DNA of 64,000 nucleotides from Planktothrix sp. GU0601_MAG3. Lineage in GTDB: Bacteria; Cyanobacteriota; Cyanobacteriia; Cyanobacteriales; Microcoleaceae. The position numbers and the translations under genes were made by a program. Location of the stretch: the NCBI GenBank assembly GCA_035193785.1, contig CP136572.1:4756578-4820577 (forward strand), written 5' to 3'. Positions 20,394 through 31,926 of the stretch are shown here, piece by piece. The notes under the pieces were generated by a model, which was not told the origin of the DNA, ran no database searches, and worked only from the letters and a program-made list of their open reading frames with translations. Positions within the stretch are counted from its first letter, which is position 1. Every line of letters begins with the position of its first letter.

Positions 20394-21783
20394 TTGAATG
20401 TGATAACAACTGTGAATAATAATCCACGCCAAGTTGCATTTTTAGCACTCCGAGACATTAACCGACGGGGGGGGCTCGCAGATGTGGTTTTAGATCAATG
20501 GCTTCGTGAATCTGAGCTATCAGATATTAACCGACGCTTAACCACAGAATTAGTCTATGGTTGTGTGCGTAGACGGCGATCGCTTGATAGTTTAATCGAT
20601 TACTTAGCCCCGAAAAAATCCCATCAACAGCACCCGGATATTCGTACTATACTACATCTTGGTTTTTATCAAATTTGCTATTTGAATCAGGTGCCCAATT
20701 CGGCGGCGGTCGATACAAGCGTTGAATTAGTTAAACACAATGGACTAAACCATTTTAGTGGCTTTGTCAATGGGGTATTGAGACATTATATTCGAGAATC
20801 CGAAAAGTGTCCTGTAGAAACTTCTGATCCTTTTAACTCTATTTTTACTCCCTTTAAATTACCCCAAAATCCCATAGAAAAATTAGGAATAATTTATAGT
20901 TTCCCCGACTGGCTAATTCAATTTTGGTTAGATATTTTAGGGACGGAAGAAACAGAACAACTTTGTAGTTGGTTTAATCAATCCCCCGCCATTGATTTAA
21001 GAATTAATCCCCTACAAACCACTTTAGAAACCGTAGAATTAGAATTTCAATCTCGGGGAATTTCTGTGCATCGAATTTCCGGTTTACCTCTGGGATTAAG
21101 ATTAACTGGTAGTATCGGATCAATTAAAAATTTACCCGGTTATGATCAAGGTTGGTGGTCAATTCAAGATAGTAGTGCCCAATGGGTTAGCCATTTATTA
21201 GATCCCCAACCCGGAGAAACTATTATTGATACCTGTGCCGCCCCCGGGGGAAAAACCACCCATATTGCTGAATTAATTCAAGATCAAGGTGAGGTTTTAG
21301 CCTTTGATTTGATGAAATCCAGACTGAAAAAAATTAAGCAAAATTCAACTCGATTAAAACTTAATTCTATTCAAATTAAAGCTGGCGATGCTCGGAAATT
21401 AGAGGGTTATTTTGAAATAGCTGATCGACTATTATTAGATGCCCCCTGTTCCGGTTTGGGAACCCTACATCGACGGGCTGATAGTCGATGGCGACATGAT
21501 CCTAAAAATATCCAAGACCTGTCTCAATTGCAATCTGAACTCTTAGAAACCACTCAAAATTGGGTCAAACCCGGCGGCTGTTTAGTCTATGCCACCTGCA
21601 CCCTCCATCCCCAAGAAAATGAAACCATAATTCAAAATTTTTTAAGTCAACATTCTAACTGGAAAATTCAACCTCCCCCCGAAGGTTTTTATCTAATTCC
21701 CGAAACCCCCAGGCTGGATTCAGATTTGGCCCCATAGACAGAATATGGATGGATTTTTTATGGTAAAATTAATTAAAAATTAA
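20394..21783 (+). CDS. rsmB: 16S rRNA m5C967 methyltransferase RsmB/Sun (frameshift near 21705)
   Basis: NusB-like N-terminus, CAAPGGKT, LDAPCSG, YATCT; the shifted frame gives the MDGFF tail ending at 21783. Confidence 0.93.
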
Positions 21784-21803
21784 ACTTAATTATTATTAAC
21801 TTT

Positions 21804-24560
21804 ATGCACCTAATTCTATGCCATACAACCGTTGATTTTGATGCCCTGGGCGCGGCGGTGGGATTAACTCGAATTTACCACGGCAGTCGCATTGTCTTAG
21901 CGGGGGGAAGTCATCCGGCGGTGAGGGATTTCTTAGCATTATATCGAGATGAATTTGCTTTAATTGAACGGCGGTCTGTGAATCCTAATAAAATTCATTC
22001 CATTAGTGTAGTTGATACCCAAAGTTCCGATCGCTTAGGAAAAAGTGCCGAATGGTTGAAATTAGCCAATTTATCTGCCATTAAAATATACGATCATCAT
22101 CCAGATATCATATCGGATATTCCCGCCACCGAAACCTATATTGAAGAAGTGGGGGCGACAACTACATTAATTGTAGAACTGTTAAGAAATCGACCTCAAA
22201 AAACGCTTTTAACCACCGCAGAAGCAACGGTAATGGCATTAGGAATCCATTTAGATACGGGTTCCTTAACCTTTCCCCATTCCACCGCTAGAGATGCCAT
22301 AGCACTTGCTTGGTTAATGGAGCAAGGCGCTAATTTACCCGTGATTGCTGAATATGTAGAACCCGGTTTACCCCAAAAATTACAAGAGTTATTAAGTCTA
22401 GCTTTAGAAAAACTACAAAAATCAACCATCAGAGGTTATACCGTCGCTTGGATTTTATTTAAAACCGATGAATATGTGCCGGGTTTATCAACTTTGGCAT
22501 CGGAATTAATTGATTTAACCGAAAGTGATGCCCTATTATTAGCTAATCAATATGGCCGGGGAGAAGGCGATCGATTAAGTATTATTGGACGGTCTCGAAT
22601 TGAAAAAACCAACTTAAATGAACTATTTAAACCTTACGGGGGTGGGGGTCATACCCGGGCGGCTTCCGTAGTTTTAAAAGAAGGCAATTTTATCGAGATT
22701 TTAGAACAGTTAGTTGAACAATTAAAAGCACAAATTCCTCACCCACCCACGGCGCAAGAATTAATGTCCTCTCCGGTGAGAAAACCATTCGCCCCGATAC
22801 CTCCGTCGAAGAAGCCCACCGGATTTTATTACGTTATGATCATTCTGGTCTTTCGGTAGTAGATGAACAGGATCAATTAGTAGGAATTATTTCCCGTCGA
22901 GACTTAGATATTGCCCTGCACCATGGCTTTAGTCACGCCCCGGTTAAGGGCTACATGACTCCCCAATTAAAAACTATTACTCCCGAAACAACTCTACCAG
23001 AAATTGAAGCCTTGATGGTCACCTATGATATTGGTAGATTGCCCGTTTTACAAGATAAAAATTTAGTGGGAATTGTCACTAGAACCGATGTTTTAAGGTT
23101 ACTTCATCAACAACAACGGCCTCAAAAATCAGTGTTCAAAGGGTGTATTCCTGGGTCAACTTGTACCAGTGTGGAAGAATTATTAGAAGAAAAATTAGCC
23201 ACCCCCCTATCAACCTTACTGAATCGTCTATCATTGTTGGCAGAAAAACGGGGTTGGCAAGTCTATTTAGTTGGGGGTGCAGTGCGAGATTTATTGTTAG
23301 CAGAACCGGAAACAACGGTGTTACTTAGTGATATTGATATTGTGGTAGATAGCTGTTATAATAATGCTAATTTTAACCCGGATATTTTATCATCTGTTTC
23401 TCCGGCGGTGGAATTGGCACGGGATTTACAAAAACATTATCCCGCAGCAAGATTAGATATTCATGGACAATTTCAAACCGCCGCTTTATTATGGCATAAT
23501 GACCCAATTTTAGATTCTCTTTGGATTGATATTGCCACTGCGAGAACGGAATTTTATCCCTATCCGGCGGCTAATCCTCAAGTCGAGGCGAGTTTCCATT
23601 CGTCAGGATTTATATCGACGGGATTTTACTATTAATGCTTTGGCGTTGCGGTTAACATCTCCCAAGGTGGGGGAATTATTAGACTTTTTTGGGGGAGTAT
23701 CGGATTTGGACTCTCGAAAAATTCGGGTTTTACACCCCAATAGTTTTATTGAAGATCCAACTCGAATTTATCGGGCGGTGCGGTTTGCAGTGCGGTTAGA
23801 ATTTGAAATTGAAGCTCAAACACAAGAGTATATTGGTTATGCGATTAGTAGTGGAATTTATGAGAAACAACGGGAAGAAAGTAATAAATCCTTTGATCAA
23901 AATCGTCGGGTTCCTGCTTTAGAAACGCGGTTAAAAAGTGAGTTAAAATATATTTTACAATCTCCCTATTGGAAACGGTCATTGCAACTTTTAGGGGAGT
24001 TAAAAGCATTGCGGTGTATTCATCCTACTTTAGAGTTAAGTCCGCAGTTATGGCGACAAATTCGGTCTGTTGATCGCTGTTTACAACGCTTTGATCCCCA
24101 AAGAACTTTAAACTATTGGGAGGTGCGTTTGGAGGTATTAGTAGCCTATTTATCCCCAGAATATCGGGAAAAAGTAGCCCAGAATCTTCAGCTACAGGTG
24201 GGAACTATTGAACGATTAAATAGTTTAGAATTAGCTAAAAATCAAATACTTGAAAATATATATAAACTTGAAAAGAATAGTCAGTTTTTCTGGTTATTTA
24301 AACCTTATAGTTTATCCACGTTAATTTTAATAGCGGTGCAATCTCCTCGGGAAGTCAGAAAGCGAATTTGGCAATATTTAACCCAATGGCGAGACATTAA
24401 ACCGCCTTTAAATGGTCATAATTTACAAGCCATGGGATATAAACCTAGTCATCAATTTAAGCAAATTTTGGATAATTTATTAACGCTTACCTTAGATGGG
24501 GAAATTGGCGATCGCCCTTCTGCTGAAGCCTTTTTAAAACGGAATTATCCGCTAAAATAA
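21804..24560 (+). CDS. DHH-CBS-containing tRNA nucleotidyltransferase (A-adding type), two frameshifts
   Basis: DFDALG, YDHH, GGGH (DHH/DHHA1); CBS pair; LVGGAVRD, DIDIVV, DLYRRDFTINA and EDPTRIYRA. Confidence 0.92.
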
Positions 24561-24563
24561 AAT

Positions 24564-24704
24564 CCAATTCGTAGTGAGGCGTTCACGCCTCTTATTTACC
24601 AATTCGTAGTGAGGTGTTCACGCCTCTTATTTACCAATTCGTAGTGAGGCGTTTCACGCCTCTTATTTACCAATTCGTAGTGAGGCGTTCACGCCTCTTA
24701 TTTA
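24564..24704. repeat. Four head-to-tail 35-bp units with a GTAGT-GAGGCG-TTCA-CGCCTC palindrome
   Basis: Unit CCAATTCGTAGTGAGGCGTTCACGCCTCTTATTTA at 24564, 24599, 24634 and 24670; no spacers. Confidence 0.93.
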
Positions 24705-24724
24705 CCGATAACTGAAATTAATTA

Positions 24725-26749
24725 TTATCTTTGTTTTAAAATAATTAAAGTAATATCATCATAAACCTTATGTTTGCCAATATGCGATCGCAGATCATCA
24801 ATCACGGCTTTCCGAATTTCTAATGCGGTTAAATGCCAATGTTTTTTCACCATGTCACAGAGTCTTTCTAAAGAATAAAATTTACCTTGATCATTTTCGG
24901 CTTCCGTAATACCATCGGTATATAAAACCGCACCATCTCCAGAATTTAGTTTAATATTAATAGAACCAATAAAATCCGCAATATCCTCTTCCAAACCAAT
25001 AGGAAATCCCAAATCTATGGTATCAATGGTTTCTACTAAAGGATAACAGTTAGGATCGGATTTTGGATCACAGTCTAGTTGCGGTCGCACTACAATCATT
25101 TCCTCATGTTGACCACAAATACTTAAAAATCCATTATAATAATCTATTAAAGAAAACGTCAAATTTTTATCGGATTTCATCCGTTTAACATTATCATAAA
25201 TTACTCGATTTAGGGTGGTTAAAAAAATCATTGGATCGGTTTCATTGCAGGTAATTAAAGTTCGGACTGCCGTTTGTACCATTAGCATTAAAACCCCCGA
25301 TTCTAACCCATGTCCGGTCACATCTCCAATGCCAATTTTTACCATCCCATTACTATGTTGTAAAACATCATAATAGTCTCCTCCGACTTCATCCGCCGGT
25401 TCCATATAACCCGCAATATCTAAGTGGGCAATTTCAGAAAGTTCAGTTTCATTCGGTAAAATCATTTTTTGCAATTGACGAGTCACTTGTAACTCCGCAC
25501 TCATCCGAACATTTTCTGAAGTTAATTGCTGGTTGAGGGAAGTAATTTCTTGATTGGCTTTCACCAAAGCAAAAGCCATATTATTAAAGGATTTAGCAAC
25601 TTCTGCTAATTCATCTTGATTGTCCAGATGTAGGGTTTCATTCATGTCTCCCGCAATCATTTTCTGAGAAGCAATATTCAAACTATTAACCGTTTGCATC
25701 ACAGATCGATAAAATCCAATAAACAGATAAATTACTATTAATAATGAAATTAAAACTAGGATAGATAAAAAGATTTGTCTGTGCCGAAACCTGTTAATCC
25801 GTTGCTGTAATAAAACATCTAATTCATCAAGGGTTTTATCCCATAAAATCCAAGTTTGTTCTATGTTAGCTTCAGCTTCTGTGAAATATTGTTTCATGGG
25901 GCGGGTGTCTCCAGTTTTAATTACATCACTCAGTCCATCAGTGAGATTGTTAATATTATCAGTGAGTAAATTCAAGTCCTGGGTTAATTTTGGTCGAAGA
26001 TTGCCCCCAGAGTTATGATTAAAAGAGACTTCAAATGTGCGTTTGAGTTTTTCATTATAATCATTTAAAAGTCCTGAAATAGTTGTGATTTCCCAATATT
26101 CCCTTTGAGTTAGCTTTTGCTGTTGACGTTGGCTAACATCTTGACTAATTAACCGAATATCTGCTAAAATTTTATTAATTTCTGGTAATTTTAAAAGAGT
26201 AGCATCCATTAAATAATAACTGTCTAAATCAGGATCAAGAATTAAATTTGATTGATCACCAACCTGAAACCGGAGTTGATTGATTTGGTATAAAATAATA
26301 TCATAATAAACTTTTTGAGTTTTTAAATTCCAAAGATTCTGATTATATTGTAAAGTCGTCCAACTATCTTTGATTTCTTTAAAAAATTCAGTTGTTGATA
26401 ATATTCCTCCGATTTTTTTGTCAATTTCATCTAAAGTTTTAATCTGATCTGTAATTTCGGCTTTAATTTTTTCTAACTGAGTTTGGTCTTCTGGACTAAA
26501 AGTAGGTTTAGCCATTAATAATTGAGCTTGATAAACTTTAGGATAGAGTTGGCGCAGGGGACGGAGATAGATATTCCCTAACTTTTCTTGAGCAGCAAAA
26601 TCAATTAGACTTTGGACTTCCGAAACCAGAAGATACATCATCAAACTCAAAGGCACGATAAAAACACAACTAATTAAGAGAAATTTTTGGGGATATTTGA
26701 GTCTATTAATCAGGGAAATAGCGGGTTTAAAAAAGTCAGTTATTTTCAT
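24725..26749 (-). CDS. Membrane sensor with HAMP and SpoIIE/PP2C phosphatase domains
   Basis: Two TM helices, NLILDPDLDSYYLM sensor motif, HAMP, VGGDYYD, GDVTGHG, LYTDG and DDIT. Confidence 0.92.
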   Translation of the reverse strand: MKITDFFKPAISLINRLKYPQKFLLISCVFIVPLSLMMYLLVSEVQSLIDFAAQEKLGNIYLRPLRQLYPKVYQAQLLMAKPTFSPEDQTQLEKIKAEITDQIKTLDEIDKKIGGILSTTEFFKEIKDSWTTLQYNQNLWNLKTQKVYYDIILYQINQLRFQVGDQSNLILDPDLDSYYLMDATLLKLPEINKILADIRLISQDVSQRQQQKLTQREYWEITTISGLLNDYNEKLKRTFEVSFNHNSGGNLRPKLTQDLNLLTDNINNLTDGLSDVIKTGDTRPMKQYFTEAEANIEQTWILWDKTLDELDVLLQQRINRFRHRQIFLSILVLISLLIVIYLFIGFYRSVMQTVNSLNIASQKMIAGDMNETLHLDNQDELAEVAKSFNNMAFALVKANQEITSLNQQLTSENVRMSAELQVTRQLQKMILPNETELSEIAHLDIAGYMEPADEVGGDYYDVLQHSNGMVKIGIGDVTGHGLESGVLMLMVQTAVRTLITCNETDPMIFLTTLNRVIYDNVKRMKSDKNLTFSLIDYYNGFLSICGQHEEMIVVRPQLDCDPKSDPNCYPLVETIDTIDLGFPIGLEEDIADFIGSINIKLNSGDGAVLYTDGITEAENDQGKFYSLERLCDMVKKHWHLTALEIRKAVIDDLRSHIGKHKVYDDITLIILKQR

Positions 26750-26768
26750 TAATCTTAGATTGAATTAA

Positions 26769-28419
26769 TTAATATCGAAATCGTAGCAATGAACTCAATT
26801 TAACTTGGTCTCTACCATTTTTTTTCGCTTCATATAGAGCTTCATCCGTTGCTAAAAATAGGGTTTCAATATCCACCGCGTCTACACCAGGAATCGCAGT
26901 GGCAACTCCTAAACTAATAGTAATAATTGGTGCGCGACGGTTTGGCAATTTATCCGTATCAAAAGGTATAGCTAAGGTTTGAATATTCTCACGAACAGAT
27001 TCCGCAATGTACATTGCACCTTTAGCATCGGTTTGAGGGAGAATAATTACAAATTCTTCACCCCCATAACGGGCAACTAAATCCCCTGGACGTTGAAACC
27101 ATATCACAAATAGCTTGCGCTACGGCCCGTAAAGATTGATCTCCGGCTTGATGACCATAGGTATCATTATAAATTTTAAAATTATCAATATCACATAAAA
27201 TTAAAGATAATGGGGCAATTTCCCGCATCATTCGTTTCCACTCAATATCTACGGAGCGATCAAATTGTCTACGGTTAAAAACCTGTGTCAGAGTGTCAAT
27301 ATAAACTAGGGATTTTAACAGTTTATTTTCTTCCTGTAGCTGTTTTAAATTAACGGTGGTATTGGGGTTTTTACTGAGAATTTGGGTGCTAAAATAGAGA
27401 TAATAGAGTTCACAGGATGGTGTACAGTAGTTTTCCTTCAAATTAACAATGCCTAAACTATATAATTGATAGGCAATGATCGGTTCTAGTTGTATACCTG
27501 TTTTAGAGGTAACCACCCGTTGCATGGCGCTCGCCAGTTCGGGTTTGTTATGTAGAATTAGCCAAAGGGATTGTAGGTGTTCTCTGTAAATTCCCTCTAG
27601 GGTCGGAGCTTTTTTTAATAAGTCTTCTAGGCTGATTAAATTATTGGCTATATGATAAATAGCAAGATGCACTAAATAGGGGTGTCCCCCGACTAAACTG
27701 GTTAATTTTTGAATTTGAGTATCGCTTAAATTCAGGTGATAACGTTCAGCTAGATTTTGAACTTGAGTAACTGTAAACGGGGGAAGTTCAATGGATAATC
27801 CAATATTAAAAGGAGATTGATGAATATTTAAAGGTATATAATATTCCGCCGATTGCACTAAGAATAAGTGTAGCTTTTTCCAGGCTAGATTATGTCGGGA
27901 TTGTTCATACCAAAATCGAATTAAAGGTAGAAAATTTTGACTAATATTTGTATGTTCAAACAAAATATTTAATTCATTGAATACTAGAAATAGTGGGCAA
28001 TTAATCTGTGGGAAAATATAGAGTTCAAAATATAGTGTACAACTCACTTTACTTCCCATATCTTCATCCCAATAATCGTCTAATTTGGGATCAATTTCTA
28101 ATTTTCGAGCCACATTAATACACAGCCAGCGAAAAAATTTATCCGTATTTTCAAAAATTTCTTGGTCAACTTGCAGAAAATCAATTAAAACGCTGCGGTA
28201 CCCCAAGGTTTCTGCATAATCTATTAACCTTAACATTAGGGAACTTTTTCCCATCTTTCTAGCGGCTTTAACTCGCAATAAACTCCCGGATTTTTCGAGT
28301 TCCGTATAGGCCCATTCTTCACTAGGAGAGCGATTAATATAGAAGGGAGAATTTAAGGCCAGGGGGCGGTCAGGAAATATCAATGTATTTTCTTGTAACA
28401 TTTTTTTTTGTAAAGACAT
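26769..28419 (-). CDS. AAA-like (AAA_35-type) domain fused to a GGDEF diguanylate cyclase (frameshift near 27100)
   Basis: [46 protein letters not shown] and RYGGEEF. Confidence 0.88.
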
Positions 28420-28775
28420 AAATCATTACATGGGTTGAGGTTAAATCTGGAAATCAAATCAAGTTTAAAAAAAAGGATGCTAATTAAATTGTAAAAATAC
28501 CTACTTCTATTAGTATAGATCATTAATTATTGAAATTCAATGAATTTCCCCAAATATCAACCAGTAGAAAGCCCACCCCCGAGGCTAGGCTAAATCAAAG
28601 ATAATGTTACCAAAAATACAATTAACTTATTCTCCCATCCTAGACCCCTGTTCAACCGCTTTCCCAAGGAGTAAGACTGTTAAACACACTTTTGTTAAAG
28701 CGGATTCAGGGGGTCTAATTCGGGATTTAATTAAGGGTTTTAGACTTAATTTGTGACCTCAGCTAAAATCACAAC

Positions 28776-30179
28776 TTAGACATCAGGATAAGCCATCTTA
28801 TAGGGATTGACAATCTGGTCAAATTCTTCGCTGGAAATATACCCCAACTCTAAACAAACTTCCTTTAAAGTCAGATCTTTTTCCAGGGCAATATGAGCAA
28901 CCTGGGCCGCTTGATCATAGCCAATTTTCGGAGCTAATGCCGTTACTAACATTAAAGATTGTTCAACATAGCTGTTGATTTTATTGCGATTAACTTTTAA
29001 TCCAGTTAATAAAAAATCCGTAAAATTATGACAACTATCTGATAAGATAGCCACCGATTGAATGAAGTTAAAAATGATCATCGGTTTGAACACATTTAAC
29101 TCAAAATGACCTTGGGAACCAGCAATAGTAATCGCCGTATCATAACCAATTACCTGGGCGGCTACCATGGTCATCGCTTCGCATTGGGTTGGGTTCACTT
29201 TCCCGGGCATAATTGATGAACCGGGCTCATTTTCAGGTAAGATTAATTCCCCGAAACCACAACGGGGGCCACTACCTAAAAATCGAATATCATTGGCAAT
29301 TTTCATCAACGAACAAGCCAGGGTTTTTAATGCACCACTAGCCATAACTAGACCATCATGGGCGGCCATGGCTGCGAATTTATTCGGAGCAGAAATAAAG
29401 GGTAATCCGGTTAATTGATTAATCTGATTAGAGACTTTTTCTGCAAATCCTTTCGGGGTATTTAATCCCGTTCCCACGGCGGTTCCGCCAATGGCTAATT
29501 CATATAAATCGGGTAAAATAAGTTCAAGACGCTTTAAATCTGCATCGAGTTGAGCCACATAACCGGAAAATTCTTGACCCAATGTTAGGGGAACGGCATC
29601 TTGTAAATGGGTTCTACCAATTTTTACAATATCGGCAAATTCATCGACTTTTTTTTGTAACTCATCCCGCATTTTTTTGACACTGGGAATTAATCTTTGG
29701 GTCACCGCTATCGCCGCGGCAATGTGCATAGCGGTGGGGAAGGTATCATTAGAAGATTGGGACATATTAACATGATCATTCGGATGAATTGGGGTTTTAC
29801 TCCCTAAAATTCCGCCGGAAATTTCAATCCCGCGATTGGCAATGACTTCATTAATATTCATATTAGACTGGGTGCCGCTTCCGGTCATCCAAACCCGCAA
29901 GGGAAAGTGATCATCTAGTTTGCCATCAATCACTTCATCGGCGGCTTGAACGATTAATTGAGCCTTGTCTGGGGGGAGTTTTCCTAATTCTTGATTGGTG
30001 AGGGCGGCGGCTTTTTTTAGAATCCCAAAGGCGGTAATCACTTCTTTGGGCATTAAGTCATTACCTATATTAAAATAATAGATAGAACGTTGAGTTTGAG
30101 CCCCCCAATAGCGATCGCTCTTTACCTCAATTTCTCCCATACTATCGCGTTCTTTGCGGGTCGGTTGTTCTGTTGTCAT
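28776..30179 (-). CDS. fumC: Class II fumarate hydratase
   Basis: [27 protein letters not shown] and [15 protein letters not shown] motifs. Confidence 0.97.
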   Translation of the reverse strand: MTTEQPTRKERDSMGEIEVKSDRYWGAQTQRSIYYFNIGNDLMPKEVITAFGILKKAAALTNQELGKLPPDKAQLIVQAADEVIDGKLDDHFPLRVWMTGSGTQSNMNINEVIANRGIEISGGILGSKTPIHPNDHVNMSQSSNDTFPTAMHIAAAIAVTQRLIPSVKKMRDELQKKVDEFADIVKIGRTHLQDAVPLTLGQEFSGYVAQLDADLKRLELILPDLYELAIGGTAVGTGLNTPKGFAEKVSNQINQLTGLPFISAPNKFAAMAAHDGLVMASGALKTLACSLMKIANDIRFLGSGPRCGFGELILPENEPGSSIMPGKVNPTQCEAMTMVAAQVIGYDTAITIAGSQGHFELNVFKPMIIFNFIQSVAILSDSCHNFTDFLLTGLKVNRNKINSYVEQSLMLVTALAPKIGYDQAAQVAHIALEKDLTLKEVCLELGYISSEEFDQIVNPYKMAYPDV

Positions 30180-30403
30180 GGTCAGAGTTCTCCCAATTCT
30201 AGGCAATTAATTATTTTAGTTTATTATAAACTAATACCTAACTACCCAGCCCTCTTTCTTTGAAGCTAAGGGGGAGAATATAATGTTATTAAATATCGTT
30301 ATAATTTATAGTCATAATCCTCCTCTCCTCCCCTAAAAGGAGAGGGTTTGGGGGAGAGGTGACACAATTTTTCACCTAAGAACAAAACTGCCTAAAACCC
30401 AAT

Positions 30404-30872
30404 TTAATATTGTTTCATTGCCCTTTCCATCGCCCGTTTATCATCTTTTTGACGAATATCATCCCGTTTATCGTGGAGTTTTTTGCCTCGGCCAACGGCA
30501 ATATCAACTTTCACTCGTCCTCCCTTGAGATACATTTTTAGGGGAACTAATGTTAACCCCTTTTGTTCGACCTGTCCCAATAGTTTATTAATTTGTTCTT
30601 TATGCAGTAATAATTTGCGGGTGCGCCGAGGATCATGGTTAAAATAAACACTAGCCTTCTCAAAGGGTGAGATATGGGCATTCAATAGCCAGGCTTCGCC
30701 CCCCCGAATTAAGGCATAGGCATCTTGCAGGTTGACTTTACCCGCCCGAATCGATTTGACTTCCGTTTCCCTCAAGGGCGATGCCCGCCTGATAGGTTTC
30801 TAAAATCTCGTAAAGATAGCGGGCTTTGCGGTTGTCGCTGACAATTTTATATCCTTCGCTGTTTTTAGTCAT
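30404..30872 (-). CDS. smpB: SsrA-binding protein (frameshift near 30777)
   Basis: MTKNSEGYKIVSDNRKARYLYEILE upstream of the track ORF; EVKSIRAG, RKLLLHK and GKKLHDKR. Confidence 0.95.
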
Positions 30873-31088
30873 GTTTTCAATTTAGCAGATTATTTGATTG
30901 AACATCTAGGGGCCATGATTAATTATAGCAATTTACGACTTTTTTTAACCGAAATGAATAGAAAACAGGTTAATTAAATCAAACAATATATTCCTTGAGC
31001 TAGATGGTAAAATAATTAATTTCTTTTAAGATAAATAAGTAATAAAGGCGAATTCCGTCAATTTAATCAAGGTTTAGGAATTATCAAA

Positions 31089-31568
31089 ATGCAGAAATTA
31101 ACTCAAGCTCTACGGTCTATATCCTTCAAAAATATTTTAGGTGTTTTTTTTGCAGGATTATTAATGTTGATCAGTACCGCTTGTAGTAATAATCCTCCCA
31201 CGGCTCAGTCATCGGGAGAGGGCAATCCCAATCAATCTAAGGGATTAACCAGCGAACTTCCTAGCCCCGTTAAATCTAATCAGAAAACGGAGATGTACGC
31301 CTTTGACAACAGTGACCAAGATATCGTAAAACGGGTCAAAGATGTATCGGAAAAGGTTAGTAACTCCGCCAGTGAAGTGGCCGGGGATTTGATGAAAGGA
31401 ACCCAAAAGAACATTCAGAAGGCTGAAGATAACACCAAACAAGCCCTAAATCAAGTCCAAAAGGCGGCGGAAGAAACCTCAAAGGATATTAAAAGTCAGG
31501 CTTCTAAGGGCGCTGGACAAGTCAAGGATAAAGCTGGAGATTTTCAACGGCAGATACAAAAATCCTGA
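31089..31568 (+). CDS. Putative lipoprotein with LEA/CsbD-like low-complexity helical repeats
   Basis: Signal peptide with STAC lipobox; K/Q/A/E-rich C-terminus. Confidence 0.75.
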   Translation: MQKLTQALRSISFKNILGVFFAGLLMLISTACSNNPPTAQSSGEGNPNQSKGLTSELPSPVKSNQKTEMYAFDNSDQDIVKRVKDVSEKVSNSASEVAGDLMKGTQKNIQKAEDNTKQALNQVQKAAEETSKDIKSQASKGAGQVKDKAGDFQRQIQKS

Positions 31569-31786
31569 TCAATTAGCTAAATTATTGACCTAGTTGCCAT
31601 ATCTATCTAAAGGTAGATGTGTCCACAAATCCTGTGGAGTTAGATTATAAAAACTATCGCACGTTCTCAATTCGCGCTTTCCCCAGTCAAGCAAAAGCTG
31701 GGGATTTTTCGTCAACAACTTCCCCCTTGTTGATGTTCAACGGCCGATCAATTTCATCACTTTTCCCCGTAATTTTTGTTTGCAAT

Positions 31787-31893
31787 TATAGCAGTCGCGG
31801 GCATCGCGGTTAGGACTCATACTAATCCATAAAACCTGATGGTAAGGTCTTTTCCCTCTGTTGCCTGTTGCCCATTCCCTGTTCCCTGCTATA
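31787..31893. mobile_element. 107-bp MITE-like element with TATAGCAG terminal inverted repeats and internal heptamer repeats
   Basis: TATAGCAG (31787) ... CTGCTATA (31893), with internal CTGTTGC/CCCTGTT units. Confidence 0.65.
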
Positions 31894-31926
31894 GTTGTTT
31901 GAAGCGTTCAGTCCCCAAAATTTTGA

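Noticed and set aside
24564..24704. CRISPR array
   Set aside because: The 35-bp palindromic units are contiguous with no unique spacers, and there are no cas genes in the window.
31619..31813. 64-aa ORF
   Set aside because: No recognisable motif and it runs into a MITE; probably spurious or a remnant.
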